Part shown: in pieces, positions 38,108 through 46,856 of the stretch
Position numbering within the stretch: position 1 is the stretch's first letter
Layout of the letters: each line of letters opens with the position of its first letter
NCBI GenBank assembly: GCA_023137195.1
Contig: JAGLPV010000010.1
Location: forward strand, 2,947-66,946
DNA: 64,000 bases
Direction of reading: 5' to 3'
From: Candidatus Aenigmatarchaeota archaeon
GTDB lineage: Archaea > EX4484-52
Program-made: the position numbers and the translations under genes
Notes under the pieces: model-generated
Told to the model about the DNA's origin: nothing
What the model saw: the letters and a program-made list of their open reading frames with translations, nothing else
Database searches by the model: none

Positions 38108-38371
38108 ATGACAAAAAACAAAGATAACTTTAACGGGGCAATTATCGAAGAAAGTCTGACAAATCCAAAAATACTGGAGCGGGTGCATATTACAAAAACA
38201 GAGATATTGCCCGTAACAAAAAGACATAAAACTCCCTGGGTAAAGCAATGGACATTTCATTTTGTTGAAGTTGAAGAGAAAAAGGCAGATTCTATCGCCG
38301 AAGAAATAAGCAAAAATATGAACCCTGAACATGCAGGGTATGCAGACTTCAAGAACAAGCAAATTTTTTAA
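38108..38371 (+). CDS. Small hypothetical protein (87 aa), divergent from the dtxR operon
   Basis: Balanced, charged composition. Preferred over the Cys/Phe-rich antisense ORF 38096-38434. Confidence 0.35.
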   Translation: MTKNKDNFNGAIIEESLTNPKILERVHITKTEILPVTKRHKTPWVKQWTFHFVEVEEKKADSIAEEISKNMNPEHAGYADFKNKQIF

Positions 38372-38727
38372 CGAAAAATACGAAAAAATTTTCATGTTGC
38401 GTCTAAACTTATACGCAAGATACAGTTTATACACAACAAGTGAACTGGCGATATTGTTAAATTTGCCACAAGGATGACACAGAAATGCGTAAGTATTGAA
38501 CTTCTTTGTATGTTTTGTTTAGTCCTATGTAACTCGATTTCCGTAAATTAACTATTTTTTCGCTGTTGAAGGAATATGAAACGCAAAGCTACGAGTTTTG
38601 AGGGAGATTATCTGCTGATTTTTGCGGGTGTTGGTTCCAATCAGCGAATGTAGTTAGGTTACGTGTCAAATTCAGGATATATATGTAAAATTAAGGATTT
38701 TAAGAAAACCACAAATATACACAGTAC

Positions 38728-39483
38728 CTACCAATAAGGAGTATAATATTCGGACGTTTTGATTACTACGCCACCTTTTTTTAAATTACAATCATTACAT
38801 AATAACTGAAAATTGGTAGGGTCATTTGTTCCTCCTTTATTAAGTGGAACTATATGATCATAACATAATTCATGATGGGGTTTTCTCATTACGCTAAGAT
38901 CCTTACCACAGCCTTGACATCTGTCTTTATCCCTATGCCTTACTGCATATTTCAACCATATGGGCAAACAGTTACGACGTTTAAGAACACCATCTTTTTC
39001 TAATATTTTCGGAAATTCATTCATTTTCATACATCTCACTGTTTTCGAAGCAATTTCATTCAATTTTAAAAGGAACATACGATCTCCATAAAGAATATTG
39101 AATATTTCTCCGACAATCGGGGGATTGGCTTTTGGCATTAATTTTTCAAGAGAATCACAATATTTTCTATCATCTGGGTCTCTTTTGTTTACTTTGACGT
39201 TATATACTTTTAATATTTCTTCGAAATGATTTATTAAATCCTCATAATCCAATTTTCTCGAGAGATATTCATAATCAAGAATCCAGCGAATTTCTATCAA
39301 ATCATGTAATATTGTATGTTTTTGTGGTTTAGATATCTTATCTAGAAATTTATTATCTTGAGGGCTGAAATAGTCTTGTAAATATTCTTCTGGCGGATTT
39401 TCATAAACTAACTGATGTACAAGACCTGCGAAATCGTAAGTCCATCTATATTTAAATTTTATATCCTCTGGATCCATAATCAT
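38728..39483 (-). CDS. HNH endonuclease-domain protein with an uncharacterised roughly 180-aa N-terminal domain
   Basis: C-terminus CQGCGK ... HELCYDHIVPLNKGGTNDPTNFQLLCNDCN is a canonical HNH motif. Confidence 0.6.
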   Translation of the reverse strand: MIMDPEDIKFKYRWTYDFAGLVHQLVYENPPEEYLQDYFSPQDNKFLDKISKPQKHTILHDLIEIRWILDYEYLSRKLDYEDLINHFEEILKVYNVKVNKRDPDDRKYCDSLEKLMPKANPPIVGEIFNILYGDRMFLLKLNEIASKTVRCMKMNEFPKILEKDGVLKRRNCLPIWLKYAVRHRDKDRCQGCGKDLSVMRKPHHELCYDHIVPLNKGGTNDPTNFQLLCNDCNLKKGGVVIKTSEYYTPYW

Positions 39484-39589
39484 AATATCACTGATTAATA
39501 TTTATATTAACAAATATTTATTCTTGAAAAATATAAATTATTACTTCTTTCACATATTACAATTTAATAATATGGCACATCCTTTTCGT

Positions 39590-40042
39590 CTCTTCATCTT
39601 CAAAGAAGACGGAGATATTATCTTTTGCGCACGTTATCGCCATATAAACCAAATTTCTGTTGTTGACATGCACCCATTCTCTACACATTCACCATAAAAC
39701 ACAATGACATTCTTAAAGCCCGACCCCGGCTTTTATGGATGATTATGATGTAAGCAGGGCTTAGGTCAAGCTGTTCTTCTTCAACAAACTCGATGACCTT
39801 ATACTCTCCGTTGATGTTGAATTCTACTGTTGATGTGTCCTCGTCTTTATGGATCAATATGCCTGTATCTCGTTACATATTCCCTTCTGGTAATAGTTCA
39901 TTGTGCATATTACCTGGCATCCTACGTGCATCTTTCCATCTTTTAGGAGGGCATTGTTTACTCTTTCTGCTGTTTTTATGTCGTTGTCAGGACAATATAC
40001 TTCACTTTTTTTCAAAAGGGAGATAAATTGTGTTTTCTTCAC
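39590..40042 (-). pseudogene. Degraded C-terminal remnant of an SF1 (RecD/Pif1/TraA-like) helicase
   Basis: Two frames on the minus strand: GCQVICTMNYYQKGICNEI is a motif IV-like segment, and DLSPAYIIIIHKSRGRAL resembles motif V/VI (AlTvHKSQGsE). They are separated by a frameshift and lack all N-terminal ATPase motifs. Confidence 0.45.
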
Positions 40043-40190
40043 TTTGTTACGAAAACGAATTATTTATAAGATTTTAATATTTAGTTATATATTATAACAA
40101 ATAAAATGCCAGATATAGCTTTCAAGATAATGTCTTTTACTTTTAAATTGATAGATATTTTTTCACCAAGAAATAAAATACAATATAGAA

Positions 40191-40499
40191 ATGATAAAAA
40201 AAGGAGGGCAATTGACACTAAGGATTCCAACAAAAGATGATTTACTATCTTGGCTGAAAAAAGGAATTCCTCTAATATTGACCATGAAAATAGGTCCTCT
40301 TTATGGAATGGTACCTTCAAAAAAACGGAGAAAAACAGTAGACCAGCACGGTGTTGTCGTTTATGGATATGACGGCAAAAATTTCCTGATTAACGACCCG
40401 TCCCCTGCCAGGAAAGCAATCAAAAAACTCCCTGCTGACCTGACCATATACTCATGGTACAGGGCAAAATGTTACACTCTTTTAGTAACAAAACAGTAA
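40191..40499 (+). pseudogene. C-terminal fragment of a C39-like papain-fold peptidase (the catalytic-Cys N-terminal half is absent)
   Basis: QHGVVVYGYDGKNFLINDPSPA matches the His-containing C-terminal block of C39 / Peptidase_C39_2. No upstream CGP-type Cys block was found. Confidence 0.4.
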
Positions 40500-40680
40500 A
40501 CTAAAAAGTTGCACCAACCATAAAAACCAACAATAACATACATTTTAAACTGTTCATCCAAACGTACAGGCGGTATGGCTCAGGAATATCGCAAATAAAG
40601 CCAAAAACGAAAGCTTTATATACTTTATTATACATATAAAGTTGTTATTACTGAGAAGTAGTAACAAGAGGGGGGTTAAA

Positions 40681-42114
40681 ATGAAAAACATTACACTAGT
40701 AGTATTAGTCATATCATGTTTAATTACATGCTTCGGGAGCATAACCTATGCTCTCCCGGCAATTGAACTAACAGAAATAGACATTTCAGATAATATTTTT
40801 ATAGGCGACATAATAGATGTTTCCATTGATTTTAGCGTTGCATCAGACAGATCAGAACTTGTTCGCCTGTCATTATACATAGACAATAAAATAAAGGACA
40901 CATACAGTTCCTTTTACCCGGACGGGGACTTTTCATTCACATTCCATTACGACACGGATCACATCTCCCGTGGAGAGCACGAGATGAAAATAAAGGCAGA
41001 AATTATCAGGGATGACGAAGTAAGAGACTCAGACACCCAGATACAAACATTTGAATTAAAAAAAATCACATCAGACATCTATCACAACACCCAGATAACC
41101 CAGATGAACTATCCTCTCAAAGCACCGATGAACTCAAAAGTACCAATAACACTGACAATTCAAAATGACGGCGTAGTAGACGAATCAAGCCTACAAACCA
41201 AAATAACACTAAATTCAAAAACATACAAATCAGATTATTTCTACTTAGAAAGAGATTCCAAAAAAAGCCAGACCATATACATAACAACACCTATGGACAA
41301 AGGAGAATATGAAATTATAATAGAAACAAAAAATCCCTATGTTATGGACAAAAAAACTATTGTCCTGACCGTAGAAGACATTTCCCTTATCTTAAAAACA
41401 GACGCAGTAAATATCAGTGAAGAAAAATATGTATTTATATACGGCTATGTAAGAGAAGAAAAACCAAGACAAAATTATGTTTACCTATACAAAGACAACA
41501 AATATTCTGTAAAAATAATGCCCGAAAGCGACGGTTATTTTTCATATTTCCTGAAATTTGACGAACCGGGAGAACACATAATCACAGCAAAAATATATGG
41601 ATTAAGGGAAGACATCAAAATAAATACCTTCGCCCTACCTGAAGAAAAAGAAGAAACTCCTGTTGAAAACAAAACAACATTTATCCCTAATGATGAAGAT
41701 ATAGAAAATAAAACACCTGTTGACGAGCAACCAAAAGAAACAAACAACCACATAAGCGGTCAGTTTATCAAAAAAACAGAACTGCCAAATATAATGGCAT
41801 TATTCCTATTGTTCGTAGCCATCATAATACTAAGTTGCTTTGCTGTAGGTTACCATCACATAAAACCAATCCCATGGAACGGCATTGCACAACAAAAGCC
41901 AAAGGAAACATCAAAAGAAGAAGGATTTTTAGAGCCAAGCACAAAACTATTTCCCAAAGCAGCTCCCCTATCAAATCTAAGACCGGTACAGACATGGAAC
42001 ACGAAAGCAAGAGATATAAAAGCAAAAGTTGTTCCAAAAATCGCCAAAGAAGAAGAAACAATAGATGTGTATTCTCCCGCCCACTGGGTCAGTTATCGAA
42101 ATATGGTTAAGTAA
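40681..42114 (+). CDS. Surface or cell-envelope protein with an N-terminal signal peptide and a C-terminal TM anchor
   Basis: ATG 40681 is preceded by a GGGGGG RBS. Beta-rich repeats, then a hydrophobic segment LFLLFVAIIILSCFAVGY and a charged tail. Confidence 0.5.
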   Translation: MKNITLVVLVISCLITCFGSITYALPAIELTEIDISDNIFIGDIIDVSIDFSVASDRSELVRLSLYIDNKIKDTYSSFYPDGDFSFTFHYDTDHISRGEHEMKIKAEIIRDDEVRDSDTQIQTFELKKITSDIYHNTQITQMNYPLKAPMNSKVPITLTIQNDGVVDESSLQTKITLNSKTYKSDYFYLERDSKKSQTIYITTPMDKGEYEIIIETKNPYVMDKKTIVLTVEDISLILKTDAVNISEEKYVFIYGYVREEKPRQNYVYLYKDNKYSVKIMPESDGYFSYFLKFDEPGEHIITAKIYGLREDIKINTFALPEEKEETPVENKTTFIPNDEDIENKTPVDEQPKETNNHISGQFIKKTELPNIMALFLLFVAIIILSCFAVGYHHIKPIPWNGIAQQKPKETSKEEGFLEPSTKLFPKAAPLSNLRPVQTWNTKARDIKAKVVPKIAKEEETIDVYSPAHWVSYRNMVK

Positions 42115-42167
42115 GCCTATTATCTCACCCATATTTTCTTTTTTAAACATTTCCTCAATCAATTAGT

Positions 42168-43115
42168 ATGACAAATGTAGCAGATTTCAAATGGTCAAAA
42201 GACATGAAACTAAATAAATTCACCTCCAGTTTAGGAAAAATAGGCTTCCAAAGCACAGAAATCATGAATGCTTCCAACACAATAGTAAAGATGAAAACCG
42301 AAGGAGCAAAGATTTTCCTCTCATTTACCTCAAACATGGTAACCTCAGGACTAAGAGGTTTTTTCGCCCAGCTAATCGACCTAAAAATAGCAAACATAAT
42401 CATCACAACAGTCGGCGGCATAGAAGAAGACATAATGAAAGCAAAAGGAGAAGATTTCCCAATCGGCAGTTTTTTTTCAGATGACAAAGCATTGTATGAA
42501 AGAGGACACAACCGCGTCGGAAATTTAATAATAAAAAATGAAAGCTATGAAAAATTCGAAGACATGATTGACCCCATGCTAGAAAAGTTATATGCCAAAA
42601 AGAAAAGATACACTGTCTCCGAACTATTGTATGAATTAGGCTTACAATTAAATGACAAAAATTCTATTTTATACCAGGCATCTAAACACAATGTACCAAT
42701 ATTCTGCCCCGCAATAACCGACGGAGCTTTTGGGTTCCATCTATATTCTTTTTCCCTAAAACACAAGGATTTCATCGTCGATGTCGTCGGCGACTTCTCA
42801 AGACTACTGTCCGCCTCAAGCTATGATGAAAAAAAAGGATTGATTGCTTTGGGTGGAGGAGTTTCAAAACACCATGCTATTTTAGGAACCTTAATTAACG
42901 GCGGACTGGACTATGCCATCTATATGACAACTGCCAACTATACTTCCGGCAGTATGAGCGGAGCAACAACACAGGAAGCAAAGAGCTGGGGCAAAATAAA
43001 AGATGACGCAGACGCTGTCACTGTGATAGGTGATGTAAGCGTGTTCTTTCCTCTGGCAATGTGCGGAGCATTGGAAGAGTTGAGCGAGAGAGGAGTTATA
43101 GAAATTAAAAAATAG
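42168..43115 (+). CDS. dys: Deoxyhypusine synthase
   Basis: Motifs SNMVTSGLRG, ITTVGGIEEDIMK, GGGVSKHH and DYAIYMT match the DHS NAD/spermidine-binding regions. Confidence 0.75.
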   Translation: MTNVADFKWSKDMKLNKFTSSLGKIGFQSTEIMNASNTIVKMKTEGAKIFLSFTSNMVTSGLRGFFAQLIDLKIANIIITTVGGIEEDIMKAKGEDFPIGSFFSDDKALYERGHNRVGNLIIKNESYEKFEDMIDPMLEKLYAKKKRYTVSELLYELGLQLNDKNSILYQASKHNVPIFCPAITDGAFGFHLYSFSLKHKDFIVDVVGDFSRLLSASSYDEKKGLIALGGGVSKHHAILGTLINGGLDYAIYMTTANYTSGSMSGATTQEAKSWGKIKDDADAVTVIGDVSVFFPLAMCGALEELSERGVIEIKK

Positions 43116-43121
43116 TCTTCC

Positions 43122-43376
43122 TTATAGATTTTTATAGACATTCCTTCTATGACCAATTGTTGTTATTTCTATCCTTTTAGAATAATTATCAATATCTGCA
43201 ATCGCCCTGTAATCACCTATTCTTAGCTTGTAATCTGGTCTTCCTTTTAGCCTTTCAAAAAAACAAAAGGGATTTTCTTTCGCAGAAATTATTTTATTGA
43301 ATATCCTCTCCCGTTGGGATTTCATCAATTTATTCAGAAAATCAATTGCTTTTTCGTCAAAAATTACTTCGTACAT
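43122..43376 (-). CDS. relE: RelE/ParE-family toxin
   Basis: 84 aa; YKLRIGDYRAIADIDNYSKRIEITTIGHRRNVY is typical of RelE/StbE. It overlaps the upstream antitoxin by 1 nt. Confidence 0.7.
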   Translation of the reverse strand: MYEVIFDEKAIDFLNKLMKSQRERIFNKIISAKENPFCFFERLKGRPDYKLRIGDYRAIADIDNYSKRIEITTIGHRRNVYKNL

Positions 43377-43624
43377 TACAAGCCCAGTCTCTTTTTGACC
43401 TCTGCCTCAGTGAGAAATTTACCTTTCTTGATTCTTTCTCTTGCTTTTTCAATTGCTTCAATTGTTTCTTTGCTCAACTCCGGCTCTGTTCGAGATGTCT
43501 TGGCTATATAGACAATCTTTCGGATTACTTCATCATAACTTTCATTTTTATATTCCCTAAATTGATCCAGCTGATGTTTTGTTTCCTCATATATTTTTAT
43601 TGTTGTTGCACTCATTTTTATCAC
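43376..43624 (-). CDS. Cognate antitoxin (RHH/Phd-like)
   Basis: 82 aa ending ETIEAIEKARERIKKGKFLTEAEVKKRLGL, typical of archaeal RelE-partner antitoxins. Confidence 0.6.
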   Translation of the reverse strand: MIKMSATTIKIYEETKHQLDQFREYKNESYDEVIRKIVYIAKTSRTEPELSKETIEAIEKARERIKKGKFLTEAEVKKRLGL

Positions 43625-43664
43625 CGTATACCATAGTATACTTTGGTATATTTAAATGTTTGTA

Positions 43665-43825
43665 AAATTGGAAACTATGAGATTTACCGGAAAAGGTACA
43701 ATGGAAGTTCATAGCTCTCCTTTTATGTTGTCGTATGTGTATTTTGAAAAGGAAGATAAGCTTGTTTTTCTGGATTTGTACATAAGGATTTACAATAGAC
43801 TGTGCTTAGATAAATTAGAAAAATA
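43665..43825. repeat. Roughly 150-bp non-coding element, direct-repeat partner of 46595-46735
   Basis: ctatgagatttaccggaaaaggtacaatg ... ttgtcgtatg ... ctggatttgtacataa aligns at about 75 percent identity with ctgtgaaatttactggaaaaggtacaatg ... ttgtcgcatag ... tggatttgtaatgaa. Confidence 0.65.
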
Positions 43826-43870
43826 GGAGAGAAAATGTAATGCTGCTTGTAAAACAGAGGTAATTATAGT

Positions 43871-43898
43871 TTAATTCCCTCGAATTCGGGGTAATTAA
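43871..43898. terminator. 28-bp near-perfect palindrome TTAATTCCCTCGAATTCGGGGTAATTAA downstream of the BRO-N gene
   Basis: An inverted repeat with a GC-rich stem inside AT-rich flanks. It could be a terminator or a protein-binding site. Confidence 0.3.
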
Positions 43899-43910
43899 AA
43901 TCCAGATTAT

Positions 43911-44765
43911 TTATTCCTTTTTCTTTTCCAATCTCTTGACACTTTCAGGTTTCCCCAGATAATTCTCCTCAGAAATAACCGGTTTACCAATCTCTTTTTC
44001 AGCATCAACTCTCGCTTTTCCTGCAACATTCCCGCCTCTTTTTGCCGCATCCCTGCACCCATGAAATCCATCTGCATCTTCATTCTGCGTAATTTCAGTA
44101 GTGACTTTTTCTCCAAGCATTGTAAATATAAGTTCTAAATCATTCATGTGATCTCTTAAATTTTGGTTTTTGAGCTGTTTGTATTTTTTGTACTGGTCGA
44201 CTGTTTTTCCGAAAGTCGCCATGGAAATCTCGTTTGTGAGAATTGCATAATCTCTTTGCTCTTTAATATCTCTATTTTTCCATTCATCTGTTAATTCCTG
44301 TCTTATTGCAATTCCTCTTAAGCGTTTGTCTATCCACGCTTTAGAATATCCTTTCTGCTCATAAATCTGTTTCATGCGTTCCTGAGCAAGTTCAGGGTTT
44401 TGGATTTCCTGCACTCGCTCGTATCCGACTTTTGCAAGCCAGCGTTTGAAAGGTTCTGCTTTCGGGGAAGGAATTGACTGGATTATTCGGAAAATGCCTT
44501 CTGTGTTTGCACAACTTACTTTTTGTTTTCCGCCAACAGTATCTATTGAAAGGGGGTGTTCAATTTGAACCCACCCTTTGGATAATTCTTCATCCCTGTT
44601 ACGCATATTTTTTATGTATTGTCTTGGATTTGATGAATCTGTTAGTGCCTCAACAATATCAGCAATTACAAACCACCATTCATCATTATGATATGTTCTT
44701 CTAATTTTCTTGTCTTCAAATACAACTAATGCTTTTTCAGAATCCATTGATTTAATTGTTGACAA
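43911..44765 (-). CDS. BRO-N domain protein (prophage antirepressor / DinD-like)
   Basis: ALVVFEDKKIRRTYHNDEWWFVIADIVEAL ... GGKQKVSCANTEGIFRIIQSIPSPKAEPFKRWLAKV matches the Bro-N fold. A C-terminal charged helical region follows. Confidence 0.65.
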   Translation of the reverse strand: MSTIKSMDSEKALVVFEDKKIRRTYHNDEWWFVIADIVEALTDSSNPRQYIKNMRNRDEELSKGWVQIEHPLSIDTVGGKQKVSCANTEGIFRIIQSIPSPKAEPFKRWLAKVGYERVQEIQNPELAQERMKQIYEQKGYSKAWIDKRLRGIAIRQELTDEWKNRDIKEQRDYAILTNEISMATFGKTVDQYKKYKQLKNQNLRDHMNDLELIFTMLGEKVTTEITQNEDADGFHGCRDAAKRGGNVAGKARVDAEKEIGKPVISEENYLGKPESVKRLEKKKE

Positions 44766-44833
44766 GATTCTTATATGTTTGTATCAACAAAATCAAAAGA
44801 TTTATATATTTTTGTGCTAAGTAGTTAGTATCA

Positions 44834-44850
44834 ATTAGTTATCAACTAAT
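44834..44850. promoter_or_regulatory. Palindrome ATTAGTT-atc-AACTAAT in the divergent promoter region between the BRO-N gene and 44911
   Basis: A perfect 7-bp inverted repeat with a 3-bp spacer. Confidence 0.3.
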
Positions 44851-44910
44851 AAATATATATCATAATATCATTATACCTAAATTATAGAAAAAAGGAGATG
44901 TAGAATAATT

Positions 44911-45192
44911 ATGTTAAAACAAATACAAAAACAGGCAAAACTGCAACATTCACCAACACTAAATACAGTAATAATGGTAGAAAACACGCTGAAAAATATG
45001 AGTGAAAGCATCACAACAATCGCACAACTAAAAACAAAACTACCAAAGCAAATAAACCACAACACTCTCAAAATCATTCTTGAATATCTTGAAGAAAGCA
45101 ACAAAATTGCTGTAAGCATAAGAGGCATTTCATGGATACACAATACAAACTCAAATCTGCAAAACGCAATCAAAGAAGGACTTGAATTATGA
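44911..45192 (+). CDS. Small hypothetical protein (93 aa), possibly a DNA-binding (wHTH-like) protein
   Basis: Immediately upstream of, and co-oriented with, the Schlafen-like gene. Confidence 0.35.
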   Translation: MLKQIQKQAKLQHSPTLNTVIMVENTLKNMSESITTIAQLKTKLPKQINHNTLKIILEYLEESNKIAVSIRGISWIHNTNSNLQNAIKEGLEL

Positions 45193-45213
45193 AAACCATG
45201 AGCGTGATTTTAA

Positions 45214-46551
45214 ATGGATAAGAAAGAATTAGATGAACTCGTTAAAACCGGGGAAGGCTACACAATAGAATTTAAGGAAAGTGCAGACAAATCTTTAGGC
45301 AAAGAAATTTGCGCATTTGCAAACGCATCCGGTGGGAAAATTATTTTAGGTGTTACAGATAAAAATAAAATTAAGGGTTTTTCTTTAGCAAATAAAACAA
45401 TGTCTCAAATTCAGGATATTGCTCGCAATATGGATCCATCTTTTTATGTCGCGGTTGAACAAATCGAAAATATTGCTATTGTTTATGTTCCCAAAGGCAA
45501 AGATAAACCATATTCTGTTGGCGGAAAAACATATTTAAGACAGGGTGCAAATTCTCAAAGATTAAATAGAGATGAGTTAATTGAGTTTTTTAGGAATTGT
45601 AATAAAATATCTTTTGAAAGACAAACTAATTCTGATTTTAATTTAAAAGATGATTTTGATTATGACAAGTTTAACAGTTTTATAGACAAAGCAAATATTT
45701 CAAAAACATTGCCTGTTAATCATATTTTAAAAAATTTAAATTTACTTACGGATGAAAAACCAAATAATGCTTGCGCGTTGCTTTTTCCACACAGAGTAAC
45801 TAAGTTTTTTCTTAGCGCGGATATTAGCTGTGTGTTGTATAGCGGAAATTCTAAACTAAGTATGCTTGATAAAAAAGAGTTTAATGCAGATTTTATTTCT
45901 AATTTTGAAAATGCCCTGACTTTTATTCTAAGAAACATTAGAACGAGTGCTGAAATCGTTGGAGTATCCAGAGTGGAAACTCCGGAAATTCCGAAAAAAG
46001 CTTTAAGGGAGGCAATATTAAATGCCATGATTCATAGAGATTATTTTGTTGAAGGTCGTATTCTGATTAACATATTTGCGAATAAAGTAGAAATTATGAA
46101 TCCCGGAAAACTATTATTTGATGAAAAAGAGTTAGGTAATATTAGTGTTCCAAGAAATCCAATATTGGCGGATTGTATGCTTAGAGCAGGTTTTGTTGAA
46201 AAAATTGGTTCCGGAATTAAAAGAATCAAAGAATTAGTGCCGGATGTTAAATTTGAGATAAGTTCTAATTGGTTCAGAGTAGTATTTGATAGAGATAATC
46301 AAATTCCTGTAAAAGACACTGTAAAAAACACTGTAAAAGACACTGTAAAAGACACTGTAAAATTAACTCAAAATCAGGGAAAAATAATTGAAGAAATGAG
46401 AAAAAATCCAAATATTATAATTGTTGAGCTTGCCAAATTAATTAATATTAATGAAAGAAATATTAAGAATAATATTTTAAAATTAAAAGAAAAAAGAATT
46501 ATTAAAAGAATTGGTTCAGATAAATGCGGACATTGGGAGGTTTTAAAATGA
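45214..46551 (+). CDS. Schlafen/AlbA_2 domain plus HATPase_c_4 (RecG-C-like) protein with a C-terminal wHTH
   Basis: N-terminus GEGYTIEFKES ... ICAFANASGGKIILGV (AlbA_2), central ILNAMIHRDYFVEGRILINIFANKVEIMNPGKL (HATPase_c_4), and an internal 12-bp tandem repeat. Confidence 0.6.
   Translation: MDKKELDELVKTGEGYTIEFKESADKSLGKEICAFANASGGKIILGVTDKNKIKGFSLANKTMSQIQDIARNMDPSFYVAVEQIENIAIVYVPKGKDKPYSVGGKTYLRQGANSQRLNRDELIEFFRNCNKISFERQTNSDFNLKDDFDYDKFNSFIDKANISKTLPVNHILKNLNLLTDEKPNNACALLFPHRVTKFFLSADISCVLYSGNSKLSMLDKKEFNADFISNFENALTFILRNIRTSAEIVGVSRVETPEIPKKALREAILNAMIHRDYFVEGRILINIFANKVEIMNPGKLLFDEKELGNISVPRNPILADCMLRAGFVEKIGSGIKRIKELVPDVKFEISSNWFRVVFDRDNQIPVKDTVKNTVKDTVKDTVKLTQNQGKIIEEMRKNPNIIIVELAKLININERNIKNNILKLKEKRIIKRIGSDKCGHWEVLK
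46309..46362. repeat. In-frame 12-bp tandem repeat (GTAAAARACACT, 4.5 copies) encoding (VKDT/VKNT)n
   Basis: Seen directly inside the Schlafen-like CDS. Confidence 0.8.
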
Positions 46552-46594
46552 GTAAATTTTGTGGATTTGTTGATTGGACAAAAGAATTAGAAAA

Positions 46595-46735
46595 CCTGTG
46601 AAATTTACTGGAAAAGGTACAATGATTGTATATCTCTGTTCTGGTTGTCGCATAGCATTATGGAAAAAGAGGTAAAAAAAGTTTTTTTGGATTTGTAATG
46701 AATGTTTTTGAGATAAAAGATAAATTGAGAAGCAC
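46595..46735. repeat. Second copy of the roughly 150-bp element (partner of 43665-43825)
   Basis: See the alignment given for 43665-43825. Confidence 0.65.
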
Positions 46736-46856
46736 CGAATAATTTTATAAATTTGTATGTCCTAATATTGTATAAGAAATTTTTTACTTAATATTGGACT
46801 AAATTTCAGGTAAATAATATTGTAATTTTGATAAGTGCTTATTATTAGAGGATAGT

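Noticed and set aside
38096-38434. 112-aa minus-strand ORF
   Set aside because: The Cys/Phe/Leu-rich translation is typical of an antisense AT-rich frame. It overlaps the more protein-like plus-strand ORF 38108-38371.
38630-38656. tRNA-like T-arm (GGTTCCAATC) in a locally GC-richer stretch
   Set aside because: No complementary T-stem, acceptor stem or anticodon arm could be folded. At most it is a tRNA-gene remnant.
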